The notes: generated by a model from the sequence alone, not told the origin. 64,000 bases of DNA from an uncultured Planctomycetaceae bacterium (GCA_963833985.1 CAWIAD010000002.1:3200001-3264000); one strand, 5' to 3'. Positions 51,036 to 61,857 are shown, counted from the first letter of the stretch. A program made the numbers and translations.

Positions 51036-52915
51036 TCACTCGGCCGCCTGGCTTGACGCGAACGGCTGGCCCGCGGGCCTCCTATCCGGGACCTCGCGGA
51101 GAATCCTCCAGATCACGCCGGTACCGACGTGGGCGTTCATTGTCCAGTCCTTTTCTTGCTGCCGCACCGTGATGGTCCCTATGTCAACGACGTACAGAGC
51201 GCCGTCGGGTCCCCATTCGAGCTGCAATGGCCTCTCGAGCCCGCGGCCGCGCCAGGCCGTGGAGGGACCGGGCAGTTCGTTGACCAGGAAGTTCGCCCTC
51301 TCCCCCGTGTCCAGGTTGATGCGCTGCACCTTGAAGCCGGGCCAGTGCAGCTCGGCATCTGGCGGAATGTTCGTGGGCATGTGCTGCTGGATGAAGTAGC
51401 GCTCCTCGCGGTCGGCGGCCGTCCAGACAAGCTGGTCCCCCTTGAAGAACGGCTCGATGGATCCCATCTCGGCAACCAGGACCTCCCTGGCATCAAGTCC
51501 AAACTCGGGACGGCCGAACACCATGCCCTGAGGCGCCGAGTGGGGCGGCAGCCGCACCAGCGGGGGCCGAGGCCGGTCCTGCCCCTTGAGCAGCCTGCGG
51601 TGCGTATCCTCGGTGAGCAGGAACCGAGGCCGGTCGCCCCCCTCGTGGAACCGCGCATCCGTGACCGGAAGGCCGCCGAAAAAATCGGGCCAGCCGTACC
51701 AGTCCCCGGCCACAACCTCCTTGATTGATGCAGAATCGAACCAGAACCCGCGCGGTCGGGACGGGCCGACGCCGGCTTCGGTGCAATAGAGCCGCCCATC
51801 GGGCGCAACGCGGTAACCGCCGCTGGTGTGAAAACCCCAGGCAATTCGCTGCAAGTCCGAGCCGTCGGGGTTGCATCGAAAGAAAGCGCCGTTGCAGATC
51901 TTCTGACCCTTGATCACCTGCCCCGCCCGGCTCTCGGTCCAGAGCGGCAGGTAAGCACCTGTCCGTGCGTTCTCGCCGGGCGCGACGAGGTTGTTGATGT
52001 GAGTGTACGGGATGGGCGGCATGAAGGGCCGCTGGAGATCGATCGCCACCAGTTCGTCCGGCGCGTACATGAATGGCTCGCCCCGGTTGGCCCGGTCCAG
52101 CGGGACCGAGAAGCTGGCACCAGTGAGCACCACGTCCTCGCCGGGAATGTCATGTGCCTGAAGTTTGTTATAAATCAGCACATGCTGGCACATGTCCTCG
52201 TCCACGATGCCTGTATTGCTTTGCGTGGGCACGAAGAAGACCATCTTGCCGTCGCGGTCGAAGATCGGCTTGCCGTTGATGGACGGGCCCCAGCAGGGGA
52301 GACCGTTGATGATGGTCTTGAACTTCGTTCGCGGATCCGGGTCCTCCGGGTCGAGAACCGAATAACGGCCGCGATGGGCAATATAGATCTTGCCCTTGTG
52401 CCAGGTGATTCCCATGATCGGCGGGATGATGCCCTCGGGAACCTGGTCGACCGTTCGAGCGTTCCGGATATCATCCGTCGACACGGTCCGCTCGTAGACC
52501 ACGCTTCTGGTGCGGTCCGGACGAATCTGGATGATCTGGGGCGGCGGACTGCGCAACGGATCGTTGCTGAAGCCGTGGAAGCCCGATTCGGCAATGTACG
52601 CGTCGCCCTCGTCACTGAAGGTGATGTCACTGGGGAAATGCAAGGACGTGGCGAACAACTCCACGCGGTAACCCGGCGGCGCCAGGACTTCCAGCGGTGA
52701 GGCCTCGCGATAGGAGGGCGTCGCATCAGGCGCCGGCACCTGTGATGCCAGCACGTCCCGTGCAGGCCGGATGCCCCCCTCCGTCGTCTTCTCCTGCCCG
52801 TTCGCCTGGTCCTGGAGGGGCGGCAAGCAGAACACCAGGCACCACGCCAGCAGCCGCGCGCCCACGCCGCGCCCGTTCTCGCTCGAGTCTGCAAAGCCGC
52901 TTGCCGTGTGTCCAT
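51036..52915 (-). CDS. Glucose/sorbosone dehydrogenase-like beta-propeller protein; probable own start at ATG 52915 with a frameshift near 52858
   Basis: PPGYRVELFATSLHFPSDITF, IAWGF, WYGWPDF, GLERPLQLEWGPDGALYVVDIG..TGVIWRI; GAGG RBS before ATG 52915; internal signal peptide LLAWCLVFCL..ANG-Q. Confidence 0.7.
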
Positions 52916-52919
52916 GCCA

Positions 52920-53477
52920 GGCCTCACGTCGCCATGATGTGTCTGTTCCCGGGTGATGGTACAAGACGAAGATCGGGCCGCGGCGGCGCGTCATCGAGGC
53001 GCCAGTCTGCCTGTGGGAGACTGCCGTTTCCAGATGTCCACCGGGGGGTTCACGCGCAGAGCCGTAGCTGTTCCACGAGCCTCGCCCGTACTCGAGCGGA
53101 CGAGCGTCATACTTCTGCGGAAAGTAAGAGGTGACCAGGAACCTCGAGCCGCCGATGACTTCCTGGCCAAACGAATAAGAGCGGTCGAAGACCACGTATC
53201 CACCGCTATAGTGCAGTTTCAGCCAGCCGGCCTCGCCGCCCTGGTAGCCCCAGGGCGTGTACCCGCCCAGGGGCGCGCCACTATGCGGCGGAAAGCCACC
53301 AGGCGGAAGAAAGCCCCCATACAACGAGAGGCGATCCTCAATGCGTGCTCCGGGAAGGGCCTGCGCCTGCGCGTTCGTGTGGGGCAGGACCAGGGCCCCG
53401 GCAACCGCCAGAAGCCAGATCCAGCGCTTCTCCGGGTGCAGACACACAGCAGTCACTCGTGTTTTCGGCATGTGCAC
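52920..53477 (-). CDS. Secreted Gly/Tyr-rich hypothetical protein (appears fused in frame to the next gene)
   Basis: GAGGAGG RBS; signal peptide AQA-Q; true 3' end uncertain. Confidence 0.5.
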
Positions 53478-53679
53478 CTCCTCGCTGGATCTCCCAGGAC
53501 CCGCAATTCCACATGCAGGTCATTCGACAGCAAGGCGGATGCCATGATCAAGTTAACTTTGATTCATGAAGATTTACAAGGAAGTGGGCGGCTGCCGTTG
53601 AGGTGTCTGAACTTCCGATCTTCGGGAGTGCGCGGTTCCCGCCCGCCCTGGTTGCGATCCAGGTTGGCGCACACGCTCT

Positions 53680-54429
53680 TCACGGGCCGGTTGCTCCGTG
53701 AGCCTGCTGGGTGCTCCAGTCACGCGGGGGTGGGATTGCGCTCGAGGCGCGGGCACGGCCCACCCTGATCGCGGGCGTGCGCGGGGCGGTTGCGCTGAGC
53801 TGAGCCGCAGCGGGCGCAGCACCTGGCGGAGCAGAGACGGCCAGGGTGGCGTCAGCGGGCGCGGCCCCCGATGGGATCTCACCCGGGCTAGGAGCGGGCC
53901 TCGGTTCAGCAGGCCGGCTGGCAGTCGCGGTTGCGGCCGTGCTCGCGGCGCTGGATGCGACAGCCTGCGCGGGGTTGGGCCGGGCAAGCTTCCTGGCCAG
54001 GCCGTCGAGGTTGATTCTGAGATCCAGCGCGCGCAATTCCTTGCGAGCGGCTGCCACGCGGGCCTTGCGCCTGGAAAGCGGCTCGCCGGACTTCCGCGCG
54101 CCCGGCTGGCCAGGCGGACCACCAGGCACGGCAGTCCCCGGGCCGGTGGAGGCCGTCCGGGCACCCGGATCCAGCGTCGCCGCTCCGAGCGGCATGTCTG
54201 CGCTTGCGGCAGAGCCCGCGGGGAAGGCGCCCGGCTGCGATCCGAAAAGTGCCGGGTCGGTCACGCTGCCCGGCATGCCCGGTCCCGGTGTCAGGCCCGG
54301 TGCGGAAAGCAAGGGACTCGGTTCCACCACTCCGGCCGGACTGACGCTCTGCGCCAGACCGGGCACGGGCGACAAACCCAGCGTCAGAGCCGCGATCATG
54401 GAAAGCGACAGTCGCCTGCAAAGCACCAT
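53680..54429 (-). CDS. Secreted Pro/Ala-rich low-complexity protein
   Basis: GGAGG RBS; signal peptide GLA-Q; central basic helix RRKARVAAARKELRALDLR; 3' end uncertain. Confidence 0.55.
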   Translation of the reverse strand: MVLCRRLSLSMIAALTLGLSPVPGLAQSVSPAGVVEPSPLLSAPGLTPGPGMPGSVTDPALFGSQPGAFPAGSAASADMPLGAATLDPGARTASTGPGTAVPGGPPGQPGARKSGEPLSRRKARVAAARKELRALDLRINLDGLARKLARPNPAQAVASSAASTAATATASRPAEPRPAPSPGEIPSGAAPADATLAVSAPPGAAPAAAQLSATAPRTPAIRVGRARASSAIPPPRDWSTQQAHGATGP

Positions 54430-54513
54430 GGTTCCGTTCCCTCCTGGTTTGCCCGGTACCCTGTTTCGCCCGCGAGGGGCTGGACTCAATACCCTTTAAA
54501 TAAGGATAAATCG

Positions 54514-54668
54514 AGTGTAGGCAGCGGTTTATTCCTCATTCCCGCGCTCCGCGTGGGAATGCCGTCTGCGACGCTCCGCGTCAATCGGGCTTGCGCTCAC
54601 GCTGGAGAATCCATGGGACGCACAGCGTCCTGACGGGTGTTCCCACCCAGAGCGAGTGGGAACAAGTC
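54514..54668. repeat. REP doublet, family B copy 2 (inverted relative to copy 1)
   Basis: Reverse complement aligns with 50135-50288, including the flank GAGGAAYAAACCKCTGCCTRCACT. Confidence 0.8.
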
Positions 54669-54839
54669 AGCCTCAGATCTCTCACCTTTCTCGTTTCGGC
54701 CGCGTCCCGGCCGCTGATTCAGCAAAATCGACAAATCCGTGCCCCTGGAGATCCGCCCCTTGATCAGAGGGCCAGGGGACCGGTCGGTCCATTAAGATCT
54801 GTTAGTATGGCATGAATTACCTGGAGCCGGGCTGCCGCG

Positions 54840-55610
54840 CTACATGGCTTCCTTCATGCCGCTCTTGACCAGCCACCAGTTGGCGGGATAGCTCGTCAGG
54901 AATCCGGCGATCATGGCCAGTTGCATCATGAACCAGTAGACCGCCGAGCTCGGCTCGGGCGGTTCGCTGAAGAAAACGAGCTGATTGAGAGCCATGAAGG
55001 CGAACATGCCGATCTCGAACGCGACCAGCGAGATGGTATCAGCCTTCACCGCCGCCCAGACGCCCTCCTTGAATCCAAGATGGCGCATGGGTGCAATGGT
55101 GAAGTACTGGAAAACAATCCCGAAGACGTAAGCCAGCGTGAAGTCCACGACGTACATCGTCATGAGCTTCGATCCGAACCACGTGATTCCCAGCAAGAAG
55201 ATGCCCCATTCACCGATGGTGTCGCCCAGCGTGCAGCCGGCGCCGCAGTGGCTGGTCGCCTTGAATACGGTCTGCCAGAACGGCTTCTGGGGCTTGTCAT
55301 GATCCTCGCCATGAGCCTGCGCCGCGCCCTCCTCATGCGCCGGCTCGCCACCGTGCGGAGCGGCCCGGCCCATGGAGTAGTAGGCCCAGAGCCCGATCGG
55401 CCCGGAATAGAGCGCCGTGATCGGCCAGACCAGGTTCATGATCATCATCTTTTGATGTCTACCGCCGAGGATGTCGATGAGGATGATGCCGGCCGAGATG
55501 GCCGAGAGCATCAGCGACAGGGAAGCAACCATGGTCAGCCAGCCGGAGCCCGAGGAAACGCCCAGGCTACGGGCTGCGGAAAACAGGCTCTCCTGCATCA
55601 TGGACATCAT
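54840..55610 (-). CDS. DUF4396-family membrane protein
   Basis: HQKMMIMNLVWPITALY, His-rich loop, HCGAGCTLGD, FGIVFQYFTI, KADTISL..FEIGM, GFLTSYPANWWLV..G.KEAM. Confidence 0.88.
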   Translation of the reverse strand: MMSMMQESLFSAARSLGVSSGSGWLTMVASLSLMLSAISAGIILIDILGGRHQKMMIMNLVWPITALYSGPIGLWAYYSMGRAAPHGGEPAHEEGAAQAHGEDHDKPQKPFWQTVFKATSHCGAGCTLGDTIGEWGIFLLGITWFGSKLMTMYVVDFTLAYVFGIVFQYFTIAPMRHLGFKEGVWAAVKADTISLVAFEIGMFAFMALNQLVFFSEPPEPSSAVYWFMMQLAMIAGFLTSYPANWWLVKSGMKEAM

Positions 55611-55748
55611 TGAACCGCCTCGCTTTCCGCAGCCTCGGTGTTCCAGCGAAATAGCTCCCCGTAAGAGGGAAAGTGTGGAACGGCCGCCCTCGGCCGTCCT
55701 GAGCCAGCCGAGGGCGGCTGGCCCACATTCCAAGAGGCGAGGATCTAT

Positions 55749-56717
55749 TTAGCCCTTCTGCGAGATGTAGACTTCCGGGTTCTTGTGCACGAAGTGAATG
55801 TCGAGCGTGCGCAGGTACGTGTGCAGCCCGGCGTCCTGGATGGGCATCAGGTGCGCCGGAGCGCCTGATTCGTTGTGATGCGAGTGCCAGTGTCCGGGCG
55901 GTGTCACGAATGCAGACCCCGGTTTCCAGTCGGCGCGGTGGCCCTTGTCGATGTTCCCCTTGTCGTCGAGCCTGGTGCCGACGAGCGTGTAGCATCCTGG
56001 CTGGCAGTCGATGATGAAATCGAGCGCGACCGACTCGTGGCGGTGGGCCGCTTGCACCGCATTCCTGGGCAAGACGCCGAACATTGCCCAGATCACATGA
56101 GTGATGGTGCGGGTCTGGGGAAACGCCGAGTTCGCCAGCAGCACGCTCACGCGGCTCTTCTTCGCGGCGTCGGGATCATGGGCCACCTTCTCCAGCTCCA
56201 TGACCGCCCGCTCCTTGGGATAGAGCGTGGGCTCGAACCGGGGGGTGCTCGCGGTCACGCCCAGGTAACGGAGCAGGGGCTCGTCGTGCACCCAGTAGAA
56301 GGCCGCGTCTTCGTCGCCCTCGGCATGGTGCTCCGCGTTGCTGCCCGCGGGCAGAGCCAGGAAGTCTCCCTCGCTCCAGGGAATGTCCTGCTCCCGAACT
56401 CGCGAACGGCCCTTGCCGCGGATCACGTAGTACAGCTCGGAGGTGGCGTTGGGCGAGGTCCGGATCGATTCGCCCTTCACGATGCGTATGAAGTTCGAGC
56501 AGAGCGCAGGGCTGGTCGCGGGGCCGTCGCAGCCGAGCTTCTCGCTCAGGTCGAAGGGAATGATGCGCGTCGGTCCGCTCTCGTGCAGATGGCAGGGAAA
56601 ATCGGCAAGCGGGACCTTCGGGATGAGTCCCGCGCCGATCGGGTTGGCGGCCCTGCTGTACTCAAAATACTGCCCGTCACGAGTTGAGCGATCCTCGTCG
56701 CGATGTGTGTCCGGCAT
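55749..56717 (-). CDS. Bicupin (gentisate 1,2-dioxygenase-like)
   Basis: ATSELYYVIRGKG, AAHRHESVALD, FVTPPGHWHSHHN, PIQDAGL. Confidence 0.8.
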   Translation of the reverse strand: MPDTHRDEDRSTRDGQYFEYSRAANPIGAGLIPKVPLADFPCHLHESGPTRIIPFDLSEKLGCDGPATSPALCSNFIRIVKGESIRTSPNATSELYYVIRGKGRSRVREQDIPWSEGDFLALPAGSNAEHHAEGDEDAAFYWVHDEPLLRYLGVTASTPRFEPTLYPKERAVMELEKVAHDPDAAKKSRVSVLLANSAFPQTRTITHVIWAMFGVLPRNAVQAAHRHESVALDFIIDCQPGCYTLVGTRLDDKGNIDKGHRADWKPGSAFVTPPGHWHSHHNESGAPAHLMPIQDAGLHTYLRTLDIHFVHKNPEVYISQKG

Positions 56718-56828
56718 GAAAGGACTCCCCTGCATGGCCCCTGGTACACCGGCACGCGGCCGGTTCTGCTTGCCGCCGACAACGAGCCGGCCCGGCTTCT
56801 GATCCGCTTCCGGAAGTGGTAGGGACAG

Positions 56829-59378
56829 TCAGGACACGACCACTCGAAAGTTCCGGCCCTCCCAGCGTTCCGCGTCGGTCCAGAAGAAGGTCAGCTCCAC
56901 GGTCTGCCGGCTCGTGAGCTTCCCCGTATCCAGGTCCGCCACATGGATCCCCAGGCCCGTGTCGCGGGTTTTCCGCTCGTGACTGGTCTGCCAGCCGTCG
57001 CTCGTCCAGTGAACGGCAGCCGGAGCAAGTGCCTCGATGCGCAGCACGTCTCCCGGCGCGATCCAGGTGCGCTGGTTGTCAAACCGCCAGATCACCCGGT
57101 TGGAAGCCGCCTTGTCCTTCAGGTAGCGTGCCACGGTCTGTGGAGGAGTGTCGTAGATGCGATTGTCCTGGAGCGACCGGCGCAGCTTGAGGTACTCGGC
57201 GTGAGCCCAGGCCAGCGGCATGGCCGAGCCCGTGGCATGGCCCTGCAAGAGACCTCGCTCGGGCAGGTCATCGCCATCCCAGACCTGCTCCGGGATCATG
57301 CCCCCGGGGCCGGCGAACAGTTCCATGGCGTGCAGCAGCCGCACGGCCTGCTCACGCCGTCCGGCGGCCAGCTCGAAGTGCGCCCGCTCGCCGGTGAGAA
57401 GCGGCCACGATCGGCCCACTCCCTCGCGGGTGGCTCTCACGAAGGGCGACCCATCCTCCTGCTCGCCGTAGCGGTCGCCGTTGTAACGCCGCCAGGACGG
57501 CCCATAGGGCGTGTCTCGCTTCAGCAAGTCGTCGATTGCCCGCACGGTGGCGACGATCCGCGGGTCGTCCGGCTGGCGCAGGCCAAACCGCACAAGAGCC
57601 AGGGCATCGGGGCTGACCACCTCGGTGGCCGGGATGTCATCGCCGGGAACCGACGTTTCCTTCAGCCGGACGTGGCCCAGCCGGGGTGTCGCGCCCTCGT
57701 CCAGCTCGGGCGGTATGATCCGCGCATAGTATCCGTCGATCCCCAGCCGTTGCGCCAGGTCGGTCCCAGTGACGTACAGCCAGCTCTCGACGGCCGAGTT
57801 CCAGGCATCGGCCGATTCGCGCAGGTAGATACCGGCGTCGGGTTCTCCCTGGCTGTCGGCGTGATCGGCCACCAGCAGCGCGGCGACGGCCGCGGCCACG
57901 GTGAAGGGCGTGTACCCGCGCTGGTTTTCCCAGCGGTCCTGCTGTGTCGAGGGGCCGTTGCGAACGATGTAGCCCGCGCCGCGCCGGACCATGGGCCAGT
58001 AGCGCGCAAGCTCCCCGGCGGAGAGCGCGCCTTCCCTGCGCAGCAGATCCACCAGCAAGAGGGGCAGGGCCGTTTCACCCATCTGGGTACCCGTCTGGTG
58101 GGACGCGGAATCGACCCAGAAATTCTGCGTCCAGTGACCGTCGGCCATCTGGGTGGCGCGCAGGTAAGCCAGCACTTGCCTGGCTTCACGCACGGCCCCG
58201 GCGGCCAGCAGTCCGCCAGCGGACTCGACCAGGTCGCGCGGCCAGACCAGGTGATATCCGCCCGTTCCTCGTTGCGTTTCCGAGTCGCCCCGCGTCTCAC
58301 CCCAGGGCTCGGACAGGCTGGCAATCATCGCCCCAGGGATTGCGTGGTCGCCGTGCGTCCTGAGCACGGCCGTGCTAATGCGGTACAGGTCACGGCCGCC
58401 CGGGGCGCCAGCCGCCCGGGGCGCCGGCAGCGAGCTCTGCCACTCGTTCCAGGCTCGCGCACACTCGGCCTGGGCTGCCTGGAGATCGTCCGCCAGCACG
58501 CTCAGGGTCCGGTGGCCGGCCTCCGCGGCCTCGGTTCCGAACCCGAGAACCAGCACGAAGTTTCCGGCACAGTCCGCCAGGTCCAGCTCGCCTGAGAGCA
58601 TGACGTTGCCGTCCTCGGCACGGTCGTACTCTCGAGTGAGACGCTTGTGCTCCTGCAAGTCGTGCCAGCCGTCGAACGGCCCCACGAAGCCGGCCGAGCC
58701 CGCAGTCCACCGGGCCGAGCACCCCAGCGCCACAGCTTGCTGCGCGCGGCTGGCCATGAGCATGGGATGTCCGCGATGCTCTCCGAGCCAGGCCGTGTTG
58801 CCGCGTCCCCGGTTGTCAATATGGGGCGTCAGCAGGACATGGAGACGGTAATCGCCAAGACTGCCTCGGATGGGCTCAAATCGGGTGGTCTGGACGATCG
58901 CGTCGTGATGCGGATGGGCGAAGATGGTCTTCACCAGACGGTAACGTCCCTGGCGGCAGGTGTTGATCAGCCGGTAGAGCGGAACTCCTTCGATGGGCAG
59001 CTCGATACGATGGTCCGTATCGGTCCGCTCGTCGGAAAAGAACTCCTCGCCGTCGGTGACCACGAGGGCCAGGCTGCGCGTGCAGGCGCGGTCGCAACGC
59101 GGATGAAAGACCTCTGTCAGCATGCCTTGCGCGAGCGTGAACCAGACCCGGCTCGGCTCGCCCGCGCCGGTACCGAGCGCTGTGCCGACGCCGTCCTTGG
59201 CCGAGCTGGACCAGTGGGTTTCGTCTCCCGGACCTCCCGGCGCAAGGAGACGCACGGCAGACTCGGCGTGCCGCGGCAGCCACCCCGAGGACCGCACCTG
59301 AAACACCTGCGCAGGTGCGGCCGGTTTCACGTCCAGGTTGGACTTCCGAGGCCGTTGAGGTCGCTTCGTCCCCGGCAT
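56829..59378 (-). CDS. Glucoamylase (GH15) with glucodextranase N-domain
   Basis: WSSSAKDGVG, IASLSEPWG, GGYHLVWPRD, QDRWE, ALVRFGLR, RRYNGDRYGE, WPLLTGER, IPEQVW, AMPLAWAHAEY. Confidence 0.92.
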   Translation of the reverse strand: MPGTKRPQRPRKSNLDVKPAAPAQVFQVRSSGWLPRHAESAVRLLAPGGPGDETHWSSSAKDGVGTALGTGAGEPSRVWFTLAQGMLTEVFHPRCDRACTRSLALVVTDGEEFFSDERTDTDHRIELPIEGVPLYRLINTCRQGRYRLVKTIFAHPHHDAIVQTTRFEPIRGSLGDYRLHVLLTPHIDNRGRGNTAWLGEHRGHPMLMASRAQQAVALGCSARWTAGSAGFVGPFDGWHDLQEHKRLTREYDRAEDGNVMLSGELDLADCAGNFVLVLGFGTEAAEAGHRTLSVLADDLQAAQAECARAWNEWQSSLPAPRAAGAPGGRDLYRISTAVLRTHGDHAIPGAMIASLSEPWGETRGDSETQRGTGGYHLVWPRDLVESAGGLLAAGAVREARQVLAYLRATQMADGHWTQNFWVDSASHQTGTQMGETALPLLLVDLLRREGALSAGELARYWPMVRRGAGYIVRNGPSTQQDRWENQRGYTPFTVAAAVAALLVADHADSQGEPDAGIYLRESADAWNSAVESWLYVTGTDLAQRLGIDGYYARIIPPELDEGATPRLGHVRLKETSVPGDDIPATEVVSPDALALVRFGLRQPDDPRIVATVRAIDDLLKRDTPYGPSWRRYNGDRYGEQEDGSPFVRATREGVGRSWPLLTGERAHFELAAGRREQAVRLLHAMELFAGPGGMIPEQVWDGDDLPERGLLQGHATGSAMPLAWAHAEYLKLRRSLQDNRIYDTPPQTVARYLKDKAASNRVIWRFDNQRTWIAPGDVLRIEALAPAAVHWTSDGWQTSHERKTRDTGLGIHVADLDTGKLTSRQTVELTFFWTDAERWEGRNFRVVVS

Positions 59379-59669
59379 GAGGGCCTGGTCTCCTGTTACC
59401 GCTTGCCGGACCGGGATGGGACAGTGCAAGCCTTATCCGAAAGCGCATCGGCGGCCGCCCCGGATGCCCCTACAGGCTCTCGGTGATTGACAGGATGATG
59501 AGCAAATGGCATGCCCCGGCATCGATCCGCCTGCCGTCCGGGGCCGATCCGCACCTGCCCAACAATGAAGGCCGCCTCACTTGCACCGGTCGAGCGGCAG
59601 CTTCATGATGACGTTCCGTGCCATATCCCGGAAATCTGCTTCGCTTCTGAGACTCGAGGGCCGAACCGC

Positions 59670-61208
59670 ATGACTCTCCGACGCCTCTGGTTGGCCGCCG
59701 TACTGGGTTACGTCGCCTGCGGCCAGCTTGCCAGCGATCCGGCACACGCGGCCGGCGCGGCAGGGCCGCCGAACATCGTGCTCATCTACGCGGACGACCT
59801 GGGCTACGGCGATGTCGGCTGCCATGGCGCAACGAAGGTTCGAACGCCGAACATCAACCGGCTGGCTCGGGAGGGCCTGCGGTTCCGCGACGCGCATGCG
59901 GCATCCTCGACATGCACTCCCTCGCGGTACGCCCTGCTCACGGGACAGTACGCCTGGAGACGCAAGGGGACGAGCGTGCTGCCGGGCGACGCCGCGCTCA
60001 TCATCGAGCCGGGACGCCAGACGCTGCCCGCGCTCTTGAAGCGCGCGGGGCTGGCCACGGGCATCGTCGGCAAGTGGCATCTCGGGCTCGGGTCCGGGTC
60101 GGTCGACTGGAACGGCGAGATCCAGCCGGGACCGCTCGAGGTCGGCTTTGATGAAGCCTTCATCATGCCGGCCACGGGCGACCGCGTCCCCTGCGTCTAC
60201 GTCCGCGGCCATCGCGTCGAGGGTCTCGATCCCGGCGACCCGATCCGGGTCAGCTACGGCCAGCCGGTGGGAAGCGAGCCCACCGGCGCGGGGCGGCCCG
60301 ACCTGCTGACGCTGAAGCCCAGTCACGGACACGACCAGACGATCGTCAACGGCATCAGCCGGATCGGTTTCATGGAAGGTGGAAAGGCCGCGCGATGGGT
60401 GGATGAAGACATGGCTCGCGTGTACACGCGCGAGGCCGTTGCGTTCATCGAGCGGCATGCCGGAACGCCGTTCTTCCTGGAGCTGGCCACGCACGACGTG
60501 CACGTCCCGCGCGTACCTGGCCCGGGGTTCCGGGGCACCAGCGACTGCGGAGTGCGCGGGGACGTGATCCAGGAGCTCGACTGGTCGGTCGGCGAGGTCC
60601 TGAACGCCCTGGACCGGCTCAAGCTCGCCGGGCATACCCTGGTGATCTTCACCAGCGACAACGGCCCCGTGATCGACGACGGCTACGCCGACGGGGCCGT
60701 GCGCGACCTCAACGGCCATCGCCCGGCGGGGCCGCTCCGCGGGGGCAAGTACAGCCTGTTCGAGGGAGGCACGCGAGTTCCGTTCCTGGTACGCTGGCCG
60801 GGGCGCGTGCGGCCGGGCGAGTCCGATGCGCTCGTGAACCAGGTGGACCTGCTGGCCAGCCTGGCAGCGCTCTGCGGACAGATTCCGGCGGAGAACGTGG
60901 CGCCCGATAGCCAGAACGTGCTGCCGGCCCTGCTGGGAGATTCTCCGACGGGCCGCGACCACTCGGTCCATCACTCGGGGCGGCTGGCGCTGCGGGAGGG
61001 ATCGTGGAAGTACATCCCGGCCGGCCGGGGCGCTGCGGTCATGTCAAACACCGGCATCGAAACGGGTGAAGCCCCCACGGACCAGCTTTATGACCTGGCC
61101 CGCGACATCGGCGAGACGACCAACCTCGCGGCCCGGCACCCGGACCGGGTCCGGCGCATGGCCGCGCGGTTGCAGGCCATGACCACCGCGGGCCGCGACA
61201 CGCCGTGA
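59670..61208 (+). CDS. Arylsulfatase (Cys-type, family S1)
   Basis: PNIVLIYADDLGYGD, CTPSRYALLTG, GKWHLG, FTSDNG, LRGGKYSLFEGGTRVP. Confidence 0.95.
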   Translation: MTLRRLWLAAVLGYVACGQLASDPAHAAGAAGPPNIVLIYADDLGYGDVGCHGATKVRTPNINRLAREGLRFRDAHAASSTCTPSRYALLTGQYAWRRKGTSVLPGDAALIIEPGRQTLPALLKRAGLATGIVGKWHLGLGSGSVDWNGEIQPGPLEVGFDEAFIMPATGDRVPCVYVRGHRVEGLDPGDPIRVSYGQPVGSEPTGAGRPDLLTLKPSHGHDQTIVNGISRIGFMEGGKAARWVDEDMARVYTREAVAFIERHAGTPFFLELATHDVHVPRVPGPGFRGTSDCGVRGDVIQELDWSVGEVLNALDRLKLAGHTLVIFTSDNGPVIDDGYADGAVRDLNGHRPAGPLRGGKYSLFEGGTRVPFLVRWPGRVRPGESDALVNQVDLLASLAALCGQIPAENVAPDSQNVLPALLGDSPTGRDHSVHHSGRLALREGSWKYIPAGRGAAVMSNTGIETGEAPTDQLYDLARDIGETTNLAARHPDRVRRMAARLQAMTTAGRDTP

Positions 61209-61220
61209 CGTGAACATTGT

Positions 61221-61540
61221 GGGCCTGCCCTGGCAGACAGGAATGTCTGCCCCCCCCTTCCAGAACTCAGGAACTGCCTTGGCAGACAGGAATGCCTGCC
61301 CCCCTTTCCAGAACTCGGGCCTGCCCGGGCAGACAGGAATGTCTGCTCCCCCTTCCAAAAAGCAGGCCTGCCCTGCAGACAGGAATGTCTGCCCCCCCTT
61401 CCAAAAAGCAAGCCTGCCCTGGCAGACAGGAATGTCTGCCCCCCCCTTTCCAGAACTCGGGCCTGCCCGGGCAGACAGGAAAGTCTGCCCCCTTTCCAGA
61501 ACTCGGGGACTGCCTGCAACCCGTCAGAAAACCGCCCTAG
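61221..61540. repeat. Family A element, copy 3 (reverse orientation), expanded into six tandem REP units of about 47 bp
   Basis: GCAGACAGGAA cores at 61233, 61282, 61329, 61375, 61422 and 61471, then the terminus CCGTCAGAAAACCGCCCTAG. Confidence 0.9.
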
Positions 61541-61857
61541 GCAGCCTCCTCCCGGGCCGCATCCGCCGGTTCGTTCTCCTCGCCGCTCTGCTGGCTGGCC
61601 TGCCAGCGGCGATAGAGGACCAGCGCCAGGCCGAACGAGTTGGTGACGATCAGGCAGGCGTTCACCGAAAAGTAGACCCAGTTGCCCAGCATCCAGCTAT
61701 AGATGATCTGCCCGATGGCCCCGGCCAGGGCGAGCACAAAGAAGATGATTTCCGAAGCGGGAGCCTGCTCACTGCGGCTGCGCCACTGTTTGTGAGCCTG
61801 GATCCCGAAGACGGGCAGCGAGACGAGGGCGCTGCCCCAGCCAATAAGCTCTTGCAT
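61537..61857 (-). CDS. PQ-loop / SemiSWEET-like small membrane protein
   Basis: Three TM segments; LIGWGS..QAHKQWRS..IYSWMLGNWVY..N; canonical PQ appears as IQ. Confidence 0.7.
   Translation of the reverse strand: MQELIGWGSALVSLPVFGIQAHKQWRSRSEQAPASEIIFFVLALAGAIGQIIYSWMLGNWVYFSVNACLIVTNSFGLALVLYRRWQASQQSGEENEPADAAREEAA

Noticed and set aside
57865..57880. Apparent one-codon shortening in the glucoamylase helix (ALLVADHAD)
   Set aside because: In frame, within a GCC-rich stretch, catalytic Glu motifs intact; cannot be separated from normal variation.
61221..61505. CRISPR array
   Set aside because: Linkers are near-identical rather than unique spacers, no cas genes are present, and the unit matches the dispersed REP/MITE.
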